Shown one piece after another: positions 30,381 to 41,212 of a stretch of DNA of 64,000 bases (position 1 is the stretch's first letter; every line of letters begins with the position of its first letter). Source of the stretch: Candidatus Magasanikbacteria bacterium UBA922 (lineage in GTDB: Bacteria; Patescibacteriota; Patescibacteriia; Magasanikbacterales; UBA922); assembly GCA_002293825.1 (NCBI GenBank), contig DBDW01000002.1:18059-82058 (forward strand). Direction: 5' to 3'. Under the pieces are notes generated by a model. It was not told where the DNA came from. It was given only the letters and a program-made list of their open reading frames with translations, and searched no databases. The position numbers were made by a program, and so were the translations under genes.

Positions 30381-32024
30381 CTATGAAGTCCGAACTTTCA
30401 TCGCCGCTTTCACTAATCCTACAAACAAAGGATGCGGATTCATCGGACGAGATTTGAATTCGGGATGAAATTGAACCCCAACAAAATATGGATGATTTTC
30501 CAATTCTACAATTTCCACCAAATCAGTTTCAGGATTCACACCTACTACACGCAATCCTGCTGTATCCAGTGCTTCACGATACTCATTATTAAATTCATAT
30601 CGATGACGATGACGTTCACTAATCGTATCCGTCTTATATGCATTATGAACCCTGGTCCCATATCTCAATACACACTCATACGCACCAAGACGCATAGTAC
30701 CTCCATATTTTTGTTCACGCACATTTGAAGCTTGGAGAGGATTGATATGAATAATCGGTTCAGAAGTATGCGGATTTACCTCGACAGTATGGGCAGAAGT
30801 TTTTTTCAGCACATGTCGAGCAAATTCAATACATGCCAATTGCATACCATAACATAATCCGAGATATGGAATATGACATTCTCGCACATACTGAATTGCA
30901 GTAATAATTCCTTCAACTCCTCGTGTACCAAATCCACCCGGCACAATCACCGCATCATACATACTCAACTTTTTGACCGATGTCGGATCTTTTTCGAAAT
31001 CTTCAGAATCTACCCATTCTAACACTGGTTTTACTGATTGATTCCACGAAGCATGTTTGATAGCTTCGATTACTGAAATATATGAATCAGCAAGTGTAAA
31101 ATTACCCGTACCAAAATATTTTCCGACCACCGCAACTTTTAATTCACGTTTTCCATTCTTTACACGTTTCACCAAATTTTCCCATGGCTCAAGATTGGTC
31201 GTCTTCTTAGGAAGTTTAAGAATTGAAAGTAATTTATTCCCAATTTCTTGTTCCTCCATCTTAAGTGGAATCTCATAGATACTCGAGACATCAGGTGCCG
31301 AAATGCAATACTCCTTACGCACACCACAAAACACGGCTAATTTTTCTCGTCGTGGCACATCTAATTCCGTTGAACCACGAGCCACAATCATATCTGCTTG
31401 AAGTCCAGCACTATTGAGCGCGCGGGCTGCATGTTGGGTAGGCTTAGTTTTCATTTCACCAATATGTGAAGGAATGGGTAGATAACTCACGAGAACCATT
31501 GCCACACTTTCAGGATCTCTCAATTTCATCATCCGCGCAGCCTCGAGAAATAGAATATTCTCATATTCACCCACCGTACCACCAATCTCAATAATCGTAA
31601 TGTCAGCATGCGCATGCTGTGCAGCAGTCTCAATTCGTTCAATGATATGCTCAGGAATATGCGGTACCACCTGTACACATTTTCCTTTATATTTCATCGC
31701 ACGTTCTGCCTCAATTACACTCAGATACACTCGACCAGTAGTCATATAGTTGAGACTCGTGAGATCGACATCAAGAAAACGTTCATAATTTCCCATATCC
31801 TGATCAGTCTCATCGCGATCATCGGTCACAAATACTTCTCCATGTTCAAGTGGATTCATGGTACCCGCATCAACATTTACATATGGATCAATCTTGAGTG
31901 CGGTAACCGAAAAACCCTTTGCTTTCATAATCGCACCAATCGAAGCAGAAGTAACTCCTTTTCCTACACCAGAGAGTACACCCCCTACCACGAAAATAAA
32001 TTTGCGTTTACGAATTTTTGCCAT
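30381..32024 (-). CDS. pyrG: CTP synthase
   Basis: GGVLSGVGKG, KIDPYVNVDAGTM, GLCYGMQ, ERHRHRYE, QFHPEF. Confidence 0.99.
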   Translation of the reverse strand: MAKIRKRKFIFVVGGVLSGVGKGVTSASIGAIMKAKGFSVTALKIDPYVNVDAGTMNPLEHGEVFVTDDRDETDQDMGNYERFLDVDLTSLNYMTTGRVYLSVIEAERAMKYKGKCVQVVPHIPEHIIERIETAAQHAHADITIIEIGGTVGEYENILFLEAARMMKLRDPESVAMVLVSYLPIPSHIGEMKTKPTQHAARALNSAGLQADMIVARGSTELDVPRREKLAVFCGVRKEYCISAPDVSSIYEIPLKMEEQEIGNKLLSILKLPKKTTNLEPWENLVKRVKNGKRELKVAVVGKYFGTGNFTLADSYISVIEAIKHASWNQSVKPVLEWVDSEDFEKDPTSVKKLSMYDAVIVPGGFGTRGVEGIITAIQYVRECHIPYLGLCYGMQLACIEFARHVLKKTSAHTVEVNPHTSEPIIHINPLQASNVREQKYGGTMRLGAYECVLRYGTRVHNAYKTDTISERHRHRYEFNNEYREALDTAGLRVVGVNPETDLVEIVELENHPYFVGVQFHPEFKSRPMNPHPLFVGLVKAAMKVRTS

Positions 32025-32142
32025 ATAAAATAAAAAGATTCAATATACACATACAAAATGAAATGACATACATTCCCTTTGCTCTATATAAAGATATAAC
32101 AAAAAAAATAAAACACCCCTACCATAGAGAAGAGGGTATTAT

Positions 32143-32592
32143 TCAATTGAGTGCCTCTACGGTGAGCGTAAGTCGAGCACGCATATCTCTACTACAGCGA
32201 ACTAGAATTTCATAGGTACCCACCATCTTAATCGGAGCCTCAAGTATAACATCATTCGTTTCAACTTCTATACCAAATACTTCTTCGAGTTCGTCAACAA
32301 TGAGCGCTGGCGATATTGATGAATAGAGTGTTGTGCCCCCCGCAACCTTCGCAGCAACAGTAATTTTTCTACCATTAAGTTTACTAAACAGTTTTTCAAC
32401 TTCCTTTGTTTCAAGTGCTTTCATTTTTTGCTCTTTCTTCTTTCGAGCATCAATCATTGCGGTAGTCTGCGCAGTCACCACTTCAGCCAATCCTTGACGG
32501 ATGAGAAAATTGCGAGCATACCCTTCGGATACTTCTTTGATCTCACCTTTCTTACCCAATGTCTTGATATCACTCAATAACAATACTTTCAT
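32143..32592 (-). CDS. rplI: 50S ribosomal protein L9
   Basis: [31 protein letters not shown]. Confidence 0.97.
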   Translation of the reverse strand: MKVLLLSDIKTLGKKGEIKEVSEGYARNFLIRQGLAEVVTAQTTAMIDARKKKEQKMKALETKEVEKLFSKLNGRKITVAAKVAGGTTLYSSISPALIVDELEEVFGIEVETNDVILEAPIKMVGTYEILVRCSRDMRARLTLTVEALN

Positions 32593-32691
32593 ATAGCTCA
32601 TATGATACCCCATACTTGAATTTTAGACAATAACGTGATATATTCTTGATATTAACTGAAAAATTAGATAATTAGATAATCACACACCCAC

Positions 32692-33540
32692 ATGAAATCC
32701 GGCTTCGCTATTCTCATCGGACGATCAAACGTCGGAAAATCTACCCTACTCAACACCCTCGTCGGAACGAAAGTATCAGCGACGAGTTTTCGAGCACAAA
32801 TGACTCGTGATGTGATTCATGGAGTAGTAAACACACCTGAAGGACAAATTACCTTTGTAGACACTCCTGGCATTTTCAAAGATCGTAAAAGTTCACTTAC
32901 CAGCAAACTCATACAAAAAGCAAAAGAAGCACTCGAAGGAGTAGACATCATAATCTATGTGGTAGACCCTACACGAGAAATCGGTGATGAAGAAAAATAC
33001 GCTTTTGGCTTGATTCGCCACATTGAATTACCAAAAATTCTAGTTATCAATAAAAGTGACACTCCAATACGTGAAAGAAAATATCAAAAAGAATATGAAG
33101 CTCTGGGCAAAGAATTCAACGCGGTACTCTCACTCTCTGCACTCCGGGCAAGTCATATCCAGCCTCTAAAAGACAAAGTAATGGAACTCTTACCTGAAGG
33201 AGAGCCGATGTATGGGGACGGACAATTGACCAACGTACACGAATATTTCTTTATCGGTGAACTAATTCGTGAAAAAATATTCTCAGTCTTCGACAAAGAA
33301 GTCCCCTACTCTATGACCGTAGAAGTAGATGCGATGGAAGAAAAACCCGACATCTTTGTAATCTCAGCAAGAATTCTCACTGATCAAGAACGATACAAGC
33401 GTCTCATTATTGGCACTGGTGGTAAAAAAATAAAAGAAGTGGGACAAATGGCACGCCGAGAATTGGAACAGGCACTCAACAAAAAAGTCTATCTAGAACT
33501 CGAAGTAGAAGTAGATCAACATTGGGTAGAGAGAATCTAA
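32692..33540 (+). CDS. era: GTPase Era
   Basis: GRSNVGKST, DTPG, NKSD, EVPYS, KH-domain IIGTGGKKIK. Confidence 0.97.
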   Translation: MKSGFAILIGRSNVGKSTLLNTLVGTKVSATSFRAQMTRDVIHGVVNTPEGQITFVDTPGIFKDRKSSLTSKLIQKAKEALEGVDIIIYVVDPTREIGDEEKYAFGLIRHIELPKILVINKSDTPIRERKYQKEYEALGKEFNAVLSLSALRASHIQPLKDKVMELLPEGEPMYGDGQLTNVHEYFFIGELIREKIFSVFDKEVPYSMTVEVDAMEEKPDIFVISARILTDQERYKRLIIGTGGKKIKEVGQMARRELEQALNKKVYLELEVEVDQHWVERI

Positions 33541-33560
33541 CGCTCAACCACATATTAAAA

Positions 33561-33593
33561 ATACAAAAAACTGCCTAAGGCAGTTTTTTGTAT
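33561..33593. terminator. Bidirectional terminator between era and the riboflavin kinase gene
   Basis: ATACAAAAAACTGCC-TAA-GGCAGTTTTTTGTAT perfect inverted repeat. Confidence 0.85.
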
Positions 33594-33612
33594 GAAATAA
33601 AATAATCTTTTT

Positions 33613-33966
33613 CTACTTTTTCAAAACCTCTCTCACCAATTCAATATCATTCGTAATCTTTGCAATCAATTCCTCAGTCGTATCATATCGCTCAATCTCA
33701 CTCACTTTTTGCAACACTTCGACCTCGATATGTTTTCCATACAACGAAAATCCTGGATAATCAAGTAAATGTGCTTCCGCCCGATCAAGAGATTTGGGAA
33801 TAAAGACTGCTGCCATATATCGCTCTTTTCCAACCAAAGCCCATCCTGCAAAAATACCAGGACTCACATGTAATCGTTTCTTTTTGATATCTATATTAGC
33901 AGTTGGAAAACCCAAGACACGCCCACGCTTCTCTCCTTGGACCACAATACCCGTAATATGGAGCAT
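33613..33966 (-). CDS. Stand-alone riboflavin kinase (RibF C-terminal domain only)
   Basis: GIVVQGEKRGRVLGFPTANI, EAHLLD, LYG. Confidence 0.88.
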   Translation of the reverse strand: MLHITGIVVQGEKRGRVLGFPTANIDIKKKRLHVSPGIFAGWALVGKERYMAAVFIPKSLDRAEAHLLDYPGFSLYGKHIEVEVLQKVSEIERYDTTEELIAKITNDIELVREVLKK

Positions 33967-33975
33967 ACAAAAAAT

Positions 33976-35244
33976 TTATGGTGTGCGTAATAATTCCAAG
34001 GCTTTTTCAAGCCCTTTATCGATAAAATCATCAGAAGTAGTCCCCTCAGTTCCCTCTTTCTGAACAAACATTTCCTCAATCACATGATCTGGCTCAATAC
34101 CGACCTTATTAATTTGCCTTTTACGTGGAGTAAACCATTCTGCAATAGTCAATTTAAGCGCTGAGCCATCTGCAAAATATTCAAAATCTTGTACCGAACC
34201 CTTACCAAATGTCTTACTTCCAACCAATGTAGCAAGACCGTAATCTTGAAGTGCACCCGAAACAATTTCAGAGCCAGAAGCAGTACCACCATCGACAAGA
34301 ACTACCGTAGGAATTCCCTGAAAACGAGGTGTTCCTCCCGTGGCAGAATATTGATCTTCAGAACCATCATGATATTTTTCATATACAATGGGACCTGATT
34401 CTACCCACTCATTAGCCACTTTTACTGATGTATCGAGATATCCACCCGGATTACTTCGGAGATCGAGCACAATTCCACGAGGTTTTTTTGCTTTAATTTC
34501 TTTTACTGCTTTATCAAACTCGTTCCATGTCGTGTCATTAAAATAACTAATACGAAGATACGCAACATCAGCATCTTTCATACTCCAAGTAACCGTGGGA
34601 ACCGTGATAACATCACGTACAATTGTAATTTCACGTGGAGTAGAAGACTTTTCAGAAAGCACAGTGAGTTTCACCGACGTTCCTTTTTCTCCTCGAATCA
34701 GGGTTACAACCTCATCGACAGATTTTCCACTCACCTCTGTCTCATCTACCAACAAAATAGTATCACCAGCTCTCAAACCTGCCCGTTCAGCAGGAGATTG
34801 TGCAAGAGGTGCGATTACAGTGATTGCACCATTCTTAAGACCAATCTCAGCCCCAATTCCAAAAAATTCTCCAGAGAGATCGCGTTTGAACTCTTCTGCT
34901 TTTGCAGGAGGCATAAATACAGAATATGGGTCATTAAGTGCATTAACCATCCCAACCATTGATCCATAAAACAAATCCACTTCATTCACGGGAGTATACA
35001 CATATTTTTCCTGCACTTTTCTCCACACATTCCAAAATTGCTCAAACGAAATAGAGCTTTCATTTGATTGAGAAAAAAGATCACTTACTGCAGAAACCGT
35101 AAAAGATCGATCTCCTTGTAAAATTGCTCGCATTCCATACGATGTCCCTGTAAACACTCCTGAAACAAAAACTCCAACGATAAGAATGCCTGTCACAAAA
35201 GATTTAAAAAACTTATGTTTTGTGACTTTTTCTTCTGGTTCCAT
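33976..35244 (-). CDS. ctpA: S41 carboxyl-terminal processing protease
   Basis: N-terminal TM, PDZ (GIGAEI), DLRSNPGG, TASGSEI, TFGKGSVQ. Confidence 0.95.
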   Translation of the reverse strand: MEPEEKVTKHKFFKSFVTGILIVGVFVSGVFTGTSYGMRAILQGDRSFTVSAVSDLFSQSNESSISFEQFWNVWRKVQEKYVYTPVNEVDLFYGSMVGMVNALNDPYSVFMPPAKAEEFKRDLSGEFFGIGAEIGLKNGAITVIAPLAQSPAERAGLRAGDTILLVDETEVSGKSVDEVVTLIRGEKGTSVKLTVLSEKSSTPREITIVRDVITVPTVTWSMKDADVAYLRISYFNDTTWNEFDKAVKEIKAKKPRGIVLDLRSNPGGYLDTSVKVANEWVESGPIVYEKYHDGSEDQYSATGGTPRFQGIPTVVLVDGGTASGSEIVSGALQDYGLATLVGSKTFGKGSVQDFEYFADGSALKLTIAEWFTPRKRQINKVGIEPDHVIEEMFVQKEGTEGTTSDDFIDKGLEKALELLRTP

Positions 35245-35372
35245 ATAATAGTAATTTCCAAGTTGAAATGTAAACTCTCAAGAAAATGTTCATCCGCAAA
35301 CTTTTGTATCTCACCTCATGACTATATCCAACAAGGAATGTTAGAATTAAAAAATAGTCAATACACAAATAC

Positions 35373-36674
35373 TTACTCTGTTCTTACAATATCCGCCCCG
35401 ATACTCTGAAGTCGTGTTTCAAGATCTTCATACCCTCGCTCAATCACATATATATCTCGTAACTTCGATACACCTTTGGCAGCAAGCATACCAATCAATA
35501 ACGCCATAGCAGGACGAATTCCATCAGGAGCAATCAATTCACGCCCAGTAAGCTCGGTAACACCCTCCACAAATACTCGATGCGGATCAAGTAAGGTAAT
35601 TTTTCCACCAATTTTTTGAAATTCGAGATAATAGATACTTCGATTCTCCCACATCCAATCATGGATAAGGGTGCGTCCAGCAGCCTGAGTCGCAATTGGT
35701 ACAAAAAATGGAACATTATCAATATTAATTCCAGGAAATGGAAGTCCATGAATCTTGTCAGGAAGTGCAGTCAAATCAGAAGCTGTAATTGTAATATCCA
35801 CGATTCTGAATTTTCCATTCTCACTCATACGTTCACCTGCATACGAAATTCGTTGCCCCATCATCTTCAATTTTTCCAATTCTAATTCGAGAAAATCAAT
35901 AGGACAATTCGTAATCGTAAAAGATGAATGAGTAGTAACTGCAAGTGCAATAAATGCAAACGCATCAATAGGATCTGGCATCACATGATATTCGACATCG
36001 GTTTTTAATTTTTTGACACCATTGATAACTAACGTTTGAGTTCCAATTCCCTGAATCGAGACCCCTGCAGCCACGAGAAAATAGCACAGATCCTGTACCA
36101 TATAATTCGCAGAGCAAAATTTGAGTATCGTCTGCCCTTCCGCACGTGCTGCAGCCATAATCGCATTTTCAGTTGGAGTATCACCTGCTTCATACATCAC
36201 CACGTCAGACCCTCGTATCTTTTTATTCTTTACTTCATAAGAATCTTCAGTCGTTTTAATATCAATACCAAATTTCTGCAATGCATACAGATGAGGTCGT
36301 ACGGTACGCTCTCCCAATTTGCATCCACCCGAACGATATAATCGATACGACGAAACACGAGAAGCAAGTGAACCAAGCAATAACAATGATGAGCGTATCT
36401 TCATGGAAGCTGCTTTATCAATTTTTTCAAGCGCGAGCTTCTTTGAACTATCGACTACCAAGGTATGATCTTCGGTCCATGTACATGAAACATTAATACT
36501 TTCGAGTATTTCAATAAAACGATACACCTCTTCAATTCGAGGCATGTCTCGAAAAATCGTTCTTCCTTCTACCATAACGGCGGCAGAAAGAAGGCTCAGA
36601 GCTGAATTTTTTGCACCCCGAACCGAGATAGTACCCTTGAGTTTTTTACCACCATTAACCAAGTATGTCGCCAT
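35373..36674 (-). CDS. murA: UDP-N-acetylglucosamine 1-carboxyvinyltransferase
   Basis: GAKNSAL, GGCKLGERTV, TENAIMAA, IERGYE. Confidence 0.95.
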   Translation of the reverse strand: MATYLVNGGKKLKGTISVRGAKNSALSLLSAAVMVEGRTIFRDMPRIEEVYRFIEILESINVSCTWTEDHTLVVDSSKKLALEKIDKAASMKIRSSLLLLGSLASRVSSYRLYRSGGCKLGERTVRPHLYALQKFGIDIKTTEDSYEVKNKKIRGSDVVMYEAGDTPTENAIMAAARAEGQTILKFCSANYMVQDLCYFLVAAGVSIQGIGTQTLVINGVKKLKTDVEYHVMPDPIDAFAFIALAVTTHSSFTITNCPIDFLELELEKLKMMGQRISYAGERMSENGKFRIVDITITASDLTALPDKIHGLPFPGINIDNVPFFVPIATQAAGRTLIHDWMWENRSIYYLEFQKIGGKITLLDPHRVFVEGVTELTGRELIAPDGIRPAMALLIGMLAAKGVSKLRDIYVIERGYEDLETRLQSIGADIVRTE

Positions 36675-36743
36675 ACGCGCACAATTGAATTTTTATAAAA
36701 TATCACCTATAATACTATCAAATAATGCCGCACTACGCAATCT

Positions 36744-38078
36744 ATGAGTACAACACTCAAAACAGACCGTATTGGTCACCTGATTACACGACCAATACGC
36801 CGCGCACTCATGCTCTCGCTCTGGGTAGCTTTTTTTATAATTACCCCAACCATTATCCTCTATACCGCCGGCTATCGATACGATTTTACTACCGGAGAAG
36901 TCAAGCAAACAGGAGTTTTAAGTGTCGACATTTCTCCAAAAGATGCGCTCGTAACCCTCAACGATATTGTAATCGAAAAACAAATCCCTATTCGACTTCC
37001 TAATCGAGCTCCTGGCACCTATCTTCTCAAAATCGAACGACCTGGATATAAATCATGGGAAAGAGATATCGTAATCACAAGCAACAATACTACCTACATC
37101 AAAGATATTACACTCATCAAAGATGCCTTACCAGTACGAGAAGACAACATGAACACAGAAGGAGTTGTAACCATACAGGGTCATGGAGATGTACTACTCA
37201 TGCTCAAAAAAACCAATGAATTGTATGAACTTCATGTCAAAAACATGATAACTAATTCAGACACACTCATATATCGAACCCTAGCCACAACCGAACCAGA
37301 AATAGTAATCATACCACACGCCGAAGCAGCATATAGTAGAGTCACAGGAATAAAAACTGACCAATTCTATATAATACCACTCACAAATCCAGAAAACTCA
37401 ATCGTTACAGACATAGCCACTGATGCGGAACTCTCGATAGATCCTACCAACAAAGAAACAATACTCTACAAAAAAGAAGGGAAAAATATTACAGCATTCT
37501 CATTTTCAAAAGAACCTCGATTCATTGGTACCGCATCTACCAGCGCATGGTATGCTGATGCACAAGGCAGAATATGGGAAGCATATGGTTCACAAGTTAC
37601 AAATCCATACAATGGAAGCATTTACATCTTCCCTGATACCATTGACACGATTATTCATACCAATACCGCACGCATCATAGCGACACACGGTGAAAAAACA
37701 ATGGTCGCCACACTATCAGACAACGCTGTCACCACAATTGAAACAATCAACGGAACCAACACCTACTATAATGAAAAAACTGGCGAATGGCTCGTATGGT
37801 CACCATGGGAACTCACGAGTATTTACGCTGACGGAGGAGTAAGTCTACTCAATCGAAGTGGTGAAAAAATCAAAAAAGTCTCAGTACTCGATCCTGCTGG
37901 AGTATTACTCATTGCTACCGAGCAAGGTCTCTCAGCATTCAATCCAGGATATTATGTCCGTCATTCACTGATCAAAGTATCAGACTACGAACTAGCGTCT
38001 GTGCAGATGAATAATCGCAAACTCTACTTTTTTGGCACGTTTGCCGGACATCGTGGGGTACACTCATTGGAATACTAA
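36744..38078 (+). CDS. PEGA-domain membrane-anchored protein
   Basis: TM then YTAGYRYD, TGVLSVDISPKDA, PGTYLLKIERPGYKSW; beta-rich C-terminus. Confidence 0.8.
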   Translation: MSTTLKTDRIGHLITRPIRRALMLSLWVAFFIITPTIILYTAGYRYDFTTGEVKQTGVLSVDISPKDALVTLNDIVIEKQIPIRLPNRAPGTYLLKIERPGYKSWERDIVITSNNTTYIKDITLIKDALPVREDNMNTEGVVTIQGHGDVLLMLKKTNELYELHVKNMITNSDTLIYRTLATTEPEIVIIPHAEAAYSRVTGIKTDQFYIIPLTNPENSIVTDIATDAELSIDPTNKETILYKKEGKNITAFSFSKEPRFIGTASTSAWYADAQGRIWEAYGSQVTNPYNGSIYIFPDTIDTIIHTNTARIIATHGEKTMVATLSDNAVTTIETINGTNTYYNEKTGEWLVWSPWELTSIYADGGVSLLNRSGEKIKKVSVLDPAGVLLIATEQGLSAFNPGYYVRHSLIKVSDYELASVQMNNRKLYFFGTFAGHRGVHSLEY

Positions 38079-38100
38079 AATTTCAAAAAGCGCACCCATG

Positions 38101-38144
38101 TTTAATAAAAAATCTCCCACATGCGTGGGAGATTTTTTATTAAA
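38101..38144. terminator. Bidirectional terminator
   Basis: TTTAATAAAAAATCTCCCAC-ATGC-GTGGGAGATTTTTTATTAAA perfect inverted repeat between convergent genes. Confidence 0.88.
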
Positions 38145-38146
38145 AG

Positions 38147-39232
38147 TTATAATTCAACACTGGTTTTATCTCCAATAATCATCGATCGTCCACCTTCTTG
38201 TTTTTTCTTTGTAACTCTGACATTTTTTCCAATAATACTATGAGTGATATGTATATCGGCATAAATGCTAGAATTATCAAGGATGATAGAATCATCAATT
38301 CGGGCGTCCACAATCTCAGACCCAGAACCAATAGTCACGTGTGGCCCAACAACACAATTCTTGAGAAGTACATTTTCTCCGATAATAACCGGCCCCATGA
38401 TACTCACATTCTCCTGTATCTGCGAACCGCGCCCGATGTGCACGTCTCCCGAAATAGCTGCTCCATGAGCAAGTTCGGATGGATACGTAAAATAACTCTT
38501 ATCTGTTTTCTCGAGAAGCAATCGGTTGGCGATAAGGAGGTCATCGACCTTACCAGTATCTTTCCACCATCCTGTAATTTCTTTATATCCCACTTTCCTT
38601 CCCTGTTTCAAAAATAACGAATGAACACTTGAAATCTCATATTCTCCACGTGGACTTTTCTGTATATTGGCAAACGCATCAAAAAACACATCTGGTCCAT
38701 AGAGATAAATTCCGGTAACAGCAAAATTATTTGGTGGGCTACTGGGCTTCTCAATGACATCGGTCAAAATTCCCGTCTCATCAAATACCGGCACTCCAAA
38801 TCGTTCAGGATCAGGAACAGACGACAACGCAAGCATACAATCATATTTTCCTGAATGAAACTCGTCAAAAAGTGGAGTAAGATCGCCCAACAGCACATTA
38901 TCCGATAAGTAAAACATAAAAGGCTCGCTACCAATAAATTTAGCCGCCTCATTCACCACATGTGCAATACCTTGTGGACCACCAGTCTGCTCAAAGAACG
39001 TGATCCTGATCCCCCAATGCCCACCGTCTCCAATCATTTTCTGAAGCTCGGTCTCCCCTGGATTGGTATTGATAAAAATCTCGGTCACTCCCGCATTGAC
39101 TGCCTTTTCAATTGCATGAAAAATCATCGGCTTGTTGGCAAGCGGAAGCAAATGTTTGTTGATAGTGGTCGTAATCGGCTGCAAACGCGTTGCACGCCCA
39201 CCACCAGTAAGAATAGCTTTACGTATTTTCAT
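38147..39232 (-). CDS. rmlA: Glucose-1-phosphate thymidylyltransferase, long form
   Basis: GGRATRLQPIT..NKHLLP, KSPRGEYEIS, WWKDTG, C-terminal left-handed beta-helix repeats. Confidence 0.9.
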   Translation of the reverse strand: MKIRKAILTGGGRATRLQPITTTINKHLLPLANKPMIFHAIEKAVNAGVTEIFINTNPGETELQKMIGDGGHWGIRITFFEQTGGPQGIAHVVNEAAKFIGSEPFMFYLSDNVLLGDLTPLFDEFHSGKYDCMLALSSVPDPERFGVPVFDETGILTDVIEKPSSPPNNFAVTGIYLYGPDVFFDAFANIQKSPRGEYEISSVHSLFLKQGRKVGYKEITGWWKDTGKVDDLLIANRLLLEKTDKSYFTYPSELAHGAAISGDVHIGRGSQIQENVSIMGPVIIGENVLLKNCVVGPHVTIGSGSEIVDARIDDSIILDNSSIYADIHITHSIIGKNVRVTKKKQEGGRSMIIGDKTSVEL

Positions 39233-39244
39233 AAGAACCTTAAC

Positions 39245-40351
39245 TTACCACCAAATTAAAACTTTGACAATCACCCAATAATACATTTTCATAAGTGGAT
39301 TCCCCACATAGACAAGCAATGGATTTCTCGTGTCTTGTTCCTGAAAATAAATCCCCGATACAGTATATTTCAATAATTGACGATCAGAAATCATACGCTC
39401 AGTCTGAATTTTTTTACGCTTAGAAAGCCAAATTGCACGATTATCTTTTTCCAACCAATATTTATATACATCGAATCGTTTTGAAACATATCCCTTTTTA
39501 AACGCAAAGATCCACAAACCAATCTCAAGCACAAACCACATAGGAAAAAGTACAATACACGTTGGTAATTTAAAAAACATAAGCATCACTGCATATCGAT
39601 TCCGTTCCATTAAAAATAATTTTTCAACACTCCTACCAAATTGGTACTTATGATAAAAGACAGAATCTCGAACGAGCACCGATCGATACCCGTGAACACG
39701 CAAACGAAGAGACCATTCCAAATCTTCATGATACATAAAAAAATCAGGATCCCAACCACCATATTTCAAAATCAAATCACTTCGCACCATCAAAGCAGCG
39801 CCACTGGTATAATCCACATCCTTGATTGCAGGAAGAGAAATATCACGGACATTCGTACGATACTGATCGCAGAACCCAAAACCTAAATAATGAAAAGAAT
39901 TACCTGCACTATTAAGTAATTCGGTCTCAGGGTGTAGTAGTACCAATGACTGTGCCGCACCGATCGTAGCATCGGATTCAAATGCATGCACTAATGGCTC
40001 AAAAGCGGTTGTAGCAAAAAAACCGTCATTATTATGAAAAAAGATATAATCACATCCATGTTCGATAGCCCACAAAGCTCCCACATTATTTCCACCAGCA
40101 AATCCGAGATTAGTTTCTTGTGGAAGTATGGTCACTCGAGGTAACTCATTACCTGAATAAGGCATCACTGTTGATTCGAGATAATGTACAAAGGATCCTT
40201 CTGCATCATGAGGATTAGCTACAATAACAAGCTCAAGACGATCTTTCGGATAGGTAATCTTTTTCAACGCAGAAACCATATCATCAACATACGATTCATT
40301 GTGATAATACAGGAGATATATAATTCCAATTTTCGGCTTGAGTTGTTCCAT
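39245..40351 (-). CDS. Glycosyltransferase family 2
   Basis: NLGFAGGNN, HNND, SGAALMV, FFMYHEDLEW. Confidence 0.92.
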   Translation of the reverse strand: MEQLKPKIGIIYLLYYHNESYVDDMVSALKKITYPKDRLELVIVANPHDAEGSFVHYLESTVMPYSGNELPRVTILPQETNLGFAGGNNVGALWAIEHGCDYIFFHNNDGFFATTAFEPLVHAFESDATIGAAQSLVLLHPETELLNSAGNSFHYLGFGFCDQYRTNVRDISLPAIKDVDYTSGAALMVRSDLILKYGGWDPDFFMYHEDLEWSLRLRVHGYRSVLVRDSVFYHKYQFGRSVEKLFLMERNRYAVMLMFFKLPTCIVLFPMWFVLEIGLWIFAFKKGYVSKRFDVYKYWLEKDNRAIWLSKRKKIQTERMISDRQLLKYTVSGIYFQEQDTRNPLLVYVGNPLMKMYYWVIVKVLIWW

Positions 40352-40358
40352 ATAATAA

Positions 40359-41204
40359 TTAAAGTTTGGTCGCGTAATATTTATGAGAATTCCTCCACTT
40401 CCACACATACTTGATCCAGCTTACAGCATGAATGCGTGCAAGTTTATTCTTGAACAATGCTCTAAAAATCCCAGGAACTTTCGCAGAATCTCTCGCATGT
40501 GCATGCTTGATCACAATATCATGGACATAATACACCGACCAACCAGCGTCCCACATACGATGACACCAGTCACAATCTTCAAAGTACATAAAATAACGCT
40601 CATCAAACAAGCCGATCTGATCTACCACTTCTTTTCTTACCACCAATGCAGCGCCAAGCACCCAATCAACAGGACGAGTGGTACTGTGATCGAAATCTTT
40701 CATCTCAAGTTTGTCTGCATGTTTTTTAACCCAACGATATTTTTTATCAAGATTAATATGTTTCAATGGCTTAATAAGTATCGACGAAAGATTAAAACGA
40801 TAACATGAATATTGCAAACTATCATCCATATTAACCAATTTTACGCCAATCCCGCCAATACGAACATGTTCGTCCATAAATTTCACAATTCGTTCGATGA
40901 CACGAGCAGTATCAGGAATAATAGTGTCCGGATTAAGTGCAAAATAATACCGCGCCTCTTCGGCTTTAAAACCCACATTGTTACCACGACCAAACCCCAC
41001 ATTACCTCCCGCATCTATGTAGCGCACCAGAGGAAATCGATCTCGAAGTATTTCACGAATACCATCCTGATTTTGCGAATTATCGACGACTGTAATCGCG
41101 ACTGAATAGGAGCACTCCTGTATATCTGCGAAAACCGAAGTCAAGGCTGTAACAATATCATCCTTTCGCACATAATTCAGAAATACAATATGAATATCTT
41201 TCAT
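40359..41204 (-). CDS. Glycosyltransferase family 2 (WbbL-like rhamnosyltransferase)
   Basis: VVDNS, NVGFGRGNN, LNPD, DWVLGAA, FDERYFMYFEDCDWC. Confidence 0.92.
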   Translation of the reverse strand: MKDIHIVFLNYVRKDDIVTALTSVFADIQECSYSVAITVVDNSQNQDGIREILRDRFPLVRYIDAGGNVGFGRGNNVGFKAEEARYYFALNPDTIIPDTARVIERIVKFMDEHVRIGGIGVKLVNMDDSLQYSCYRFNLSSILIKPLKHINLDKKYRWVKKHADKLEMKDFDHSTTRPVDWVLGAALVVRKEVVDQIGLFDERYFMYFEDCDWCHRMWDAGWSVYYVHDIVIKHAHARDSAKVPGIFRALFKNKLARIHAVSWIKYVWKWRNSHKYYATKL

Positions 41205-41212
41205 AATCAATA

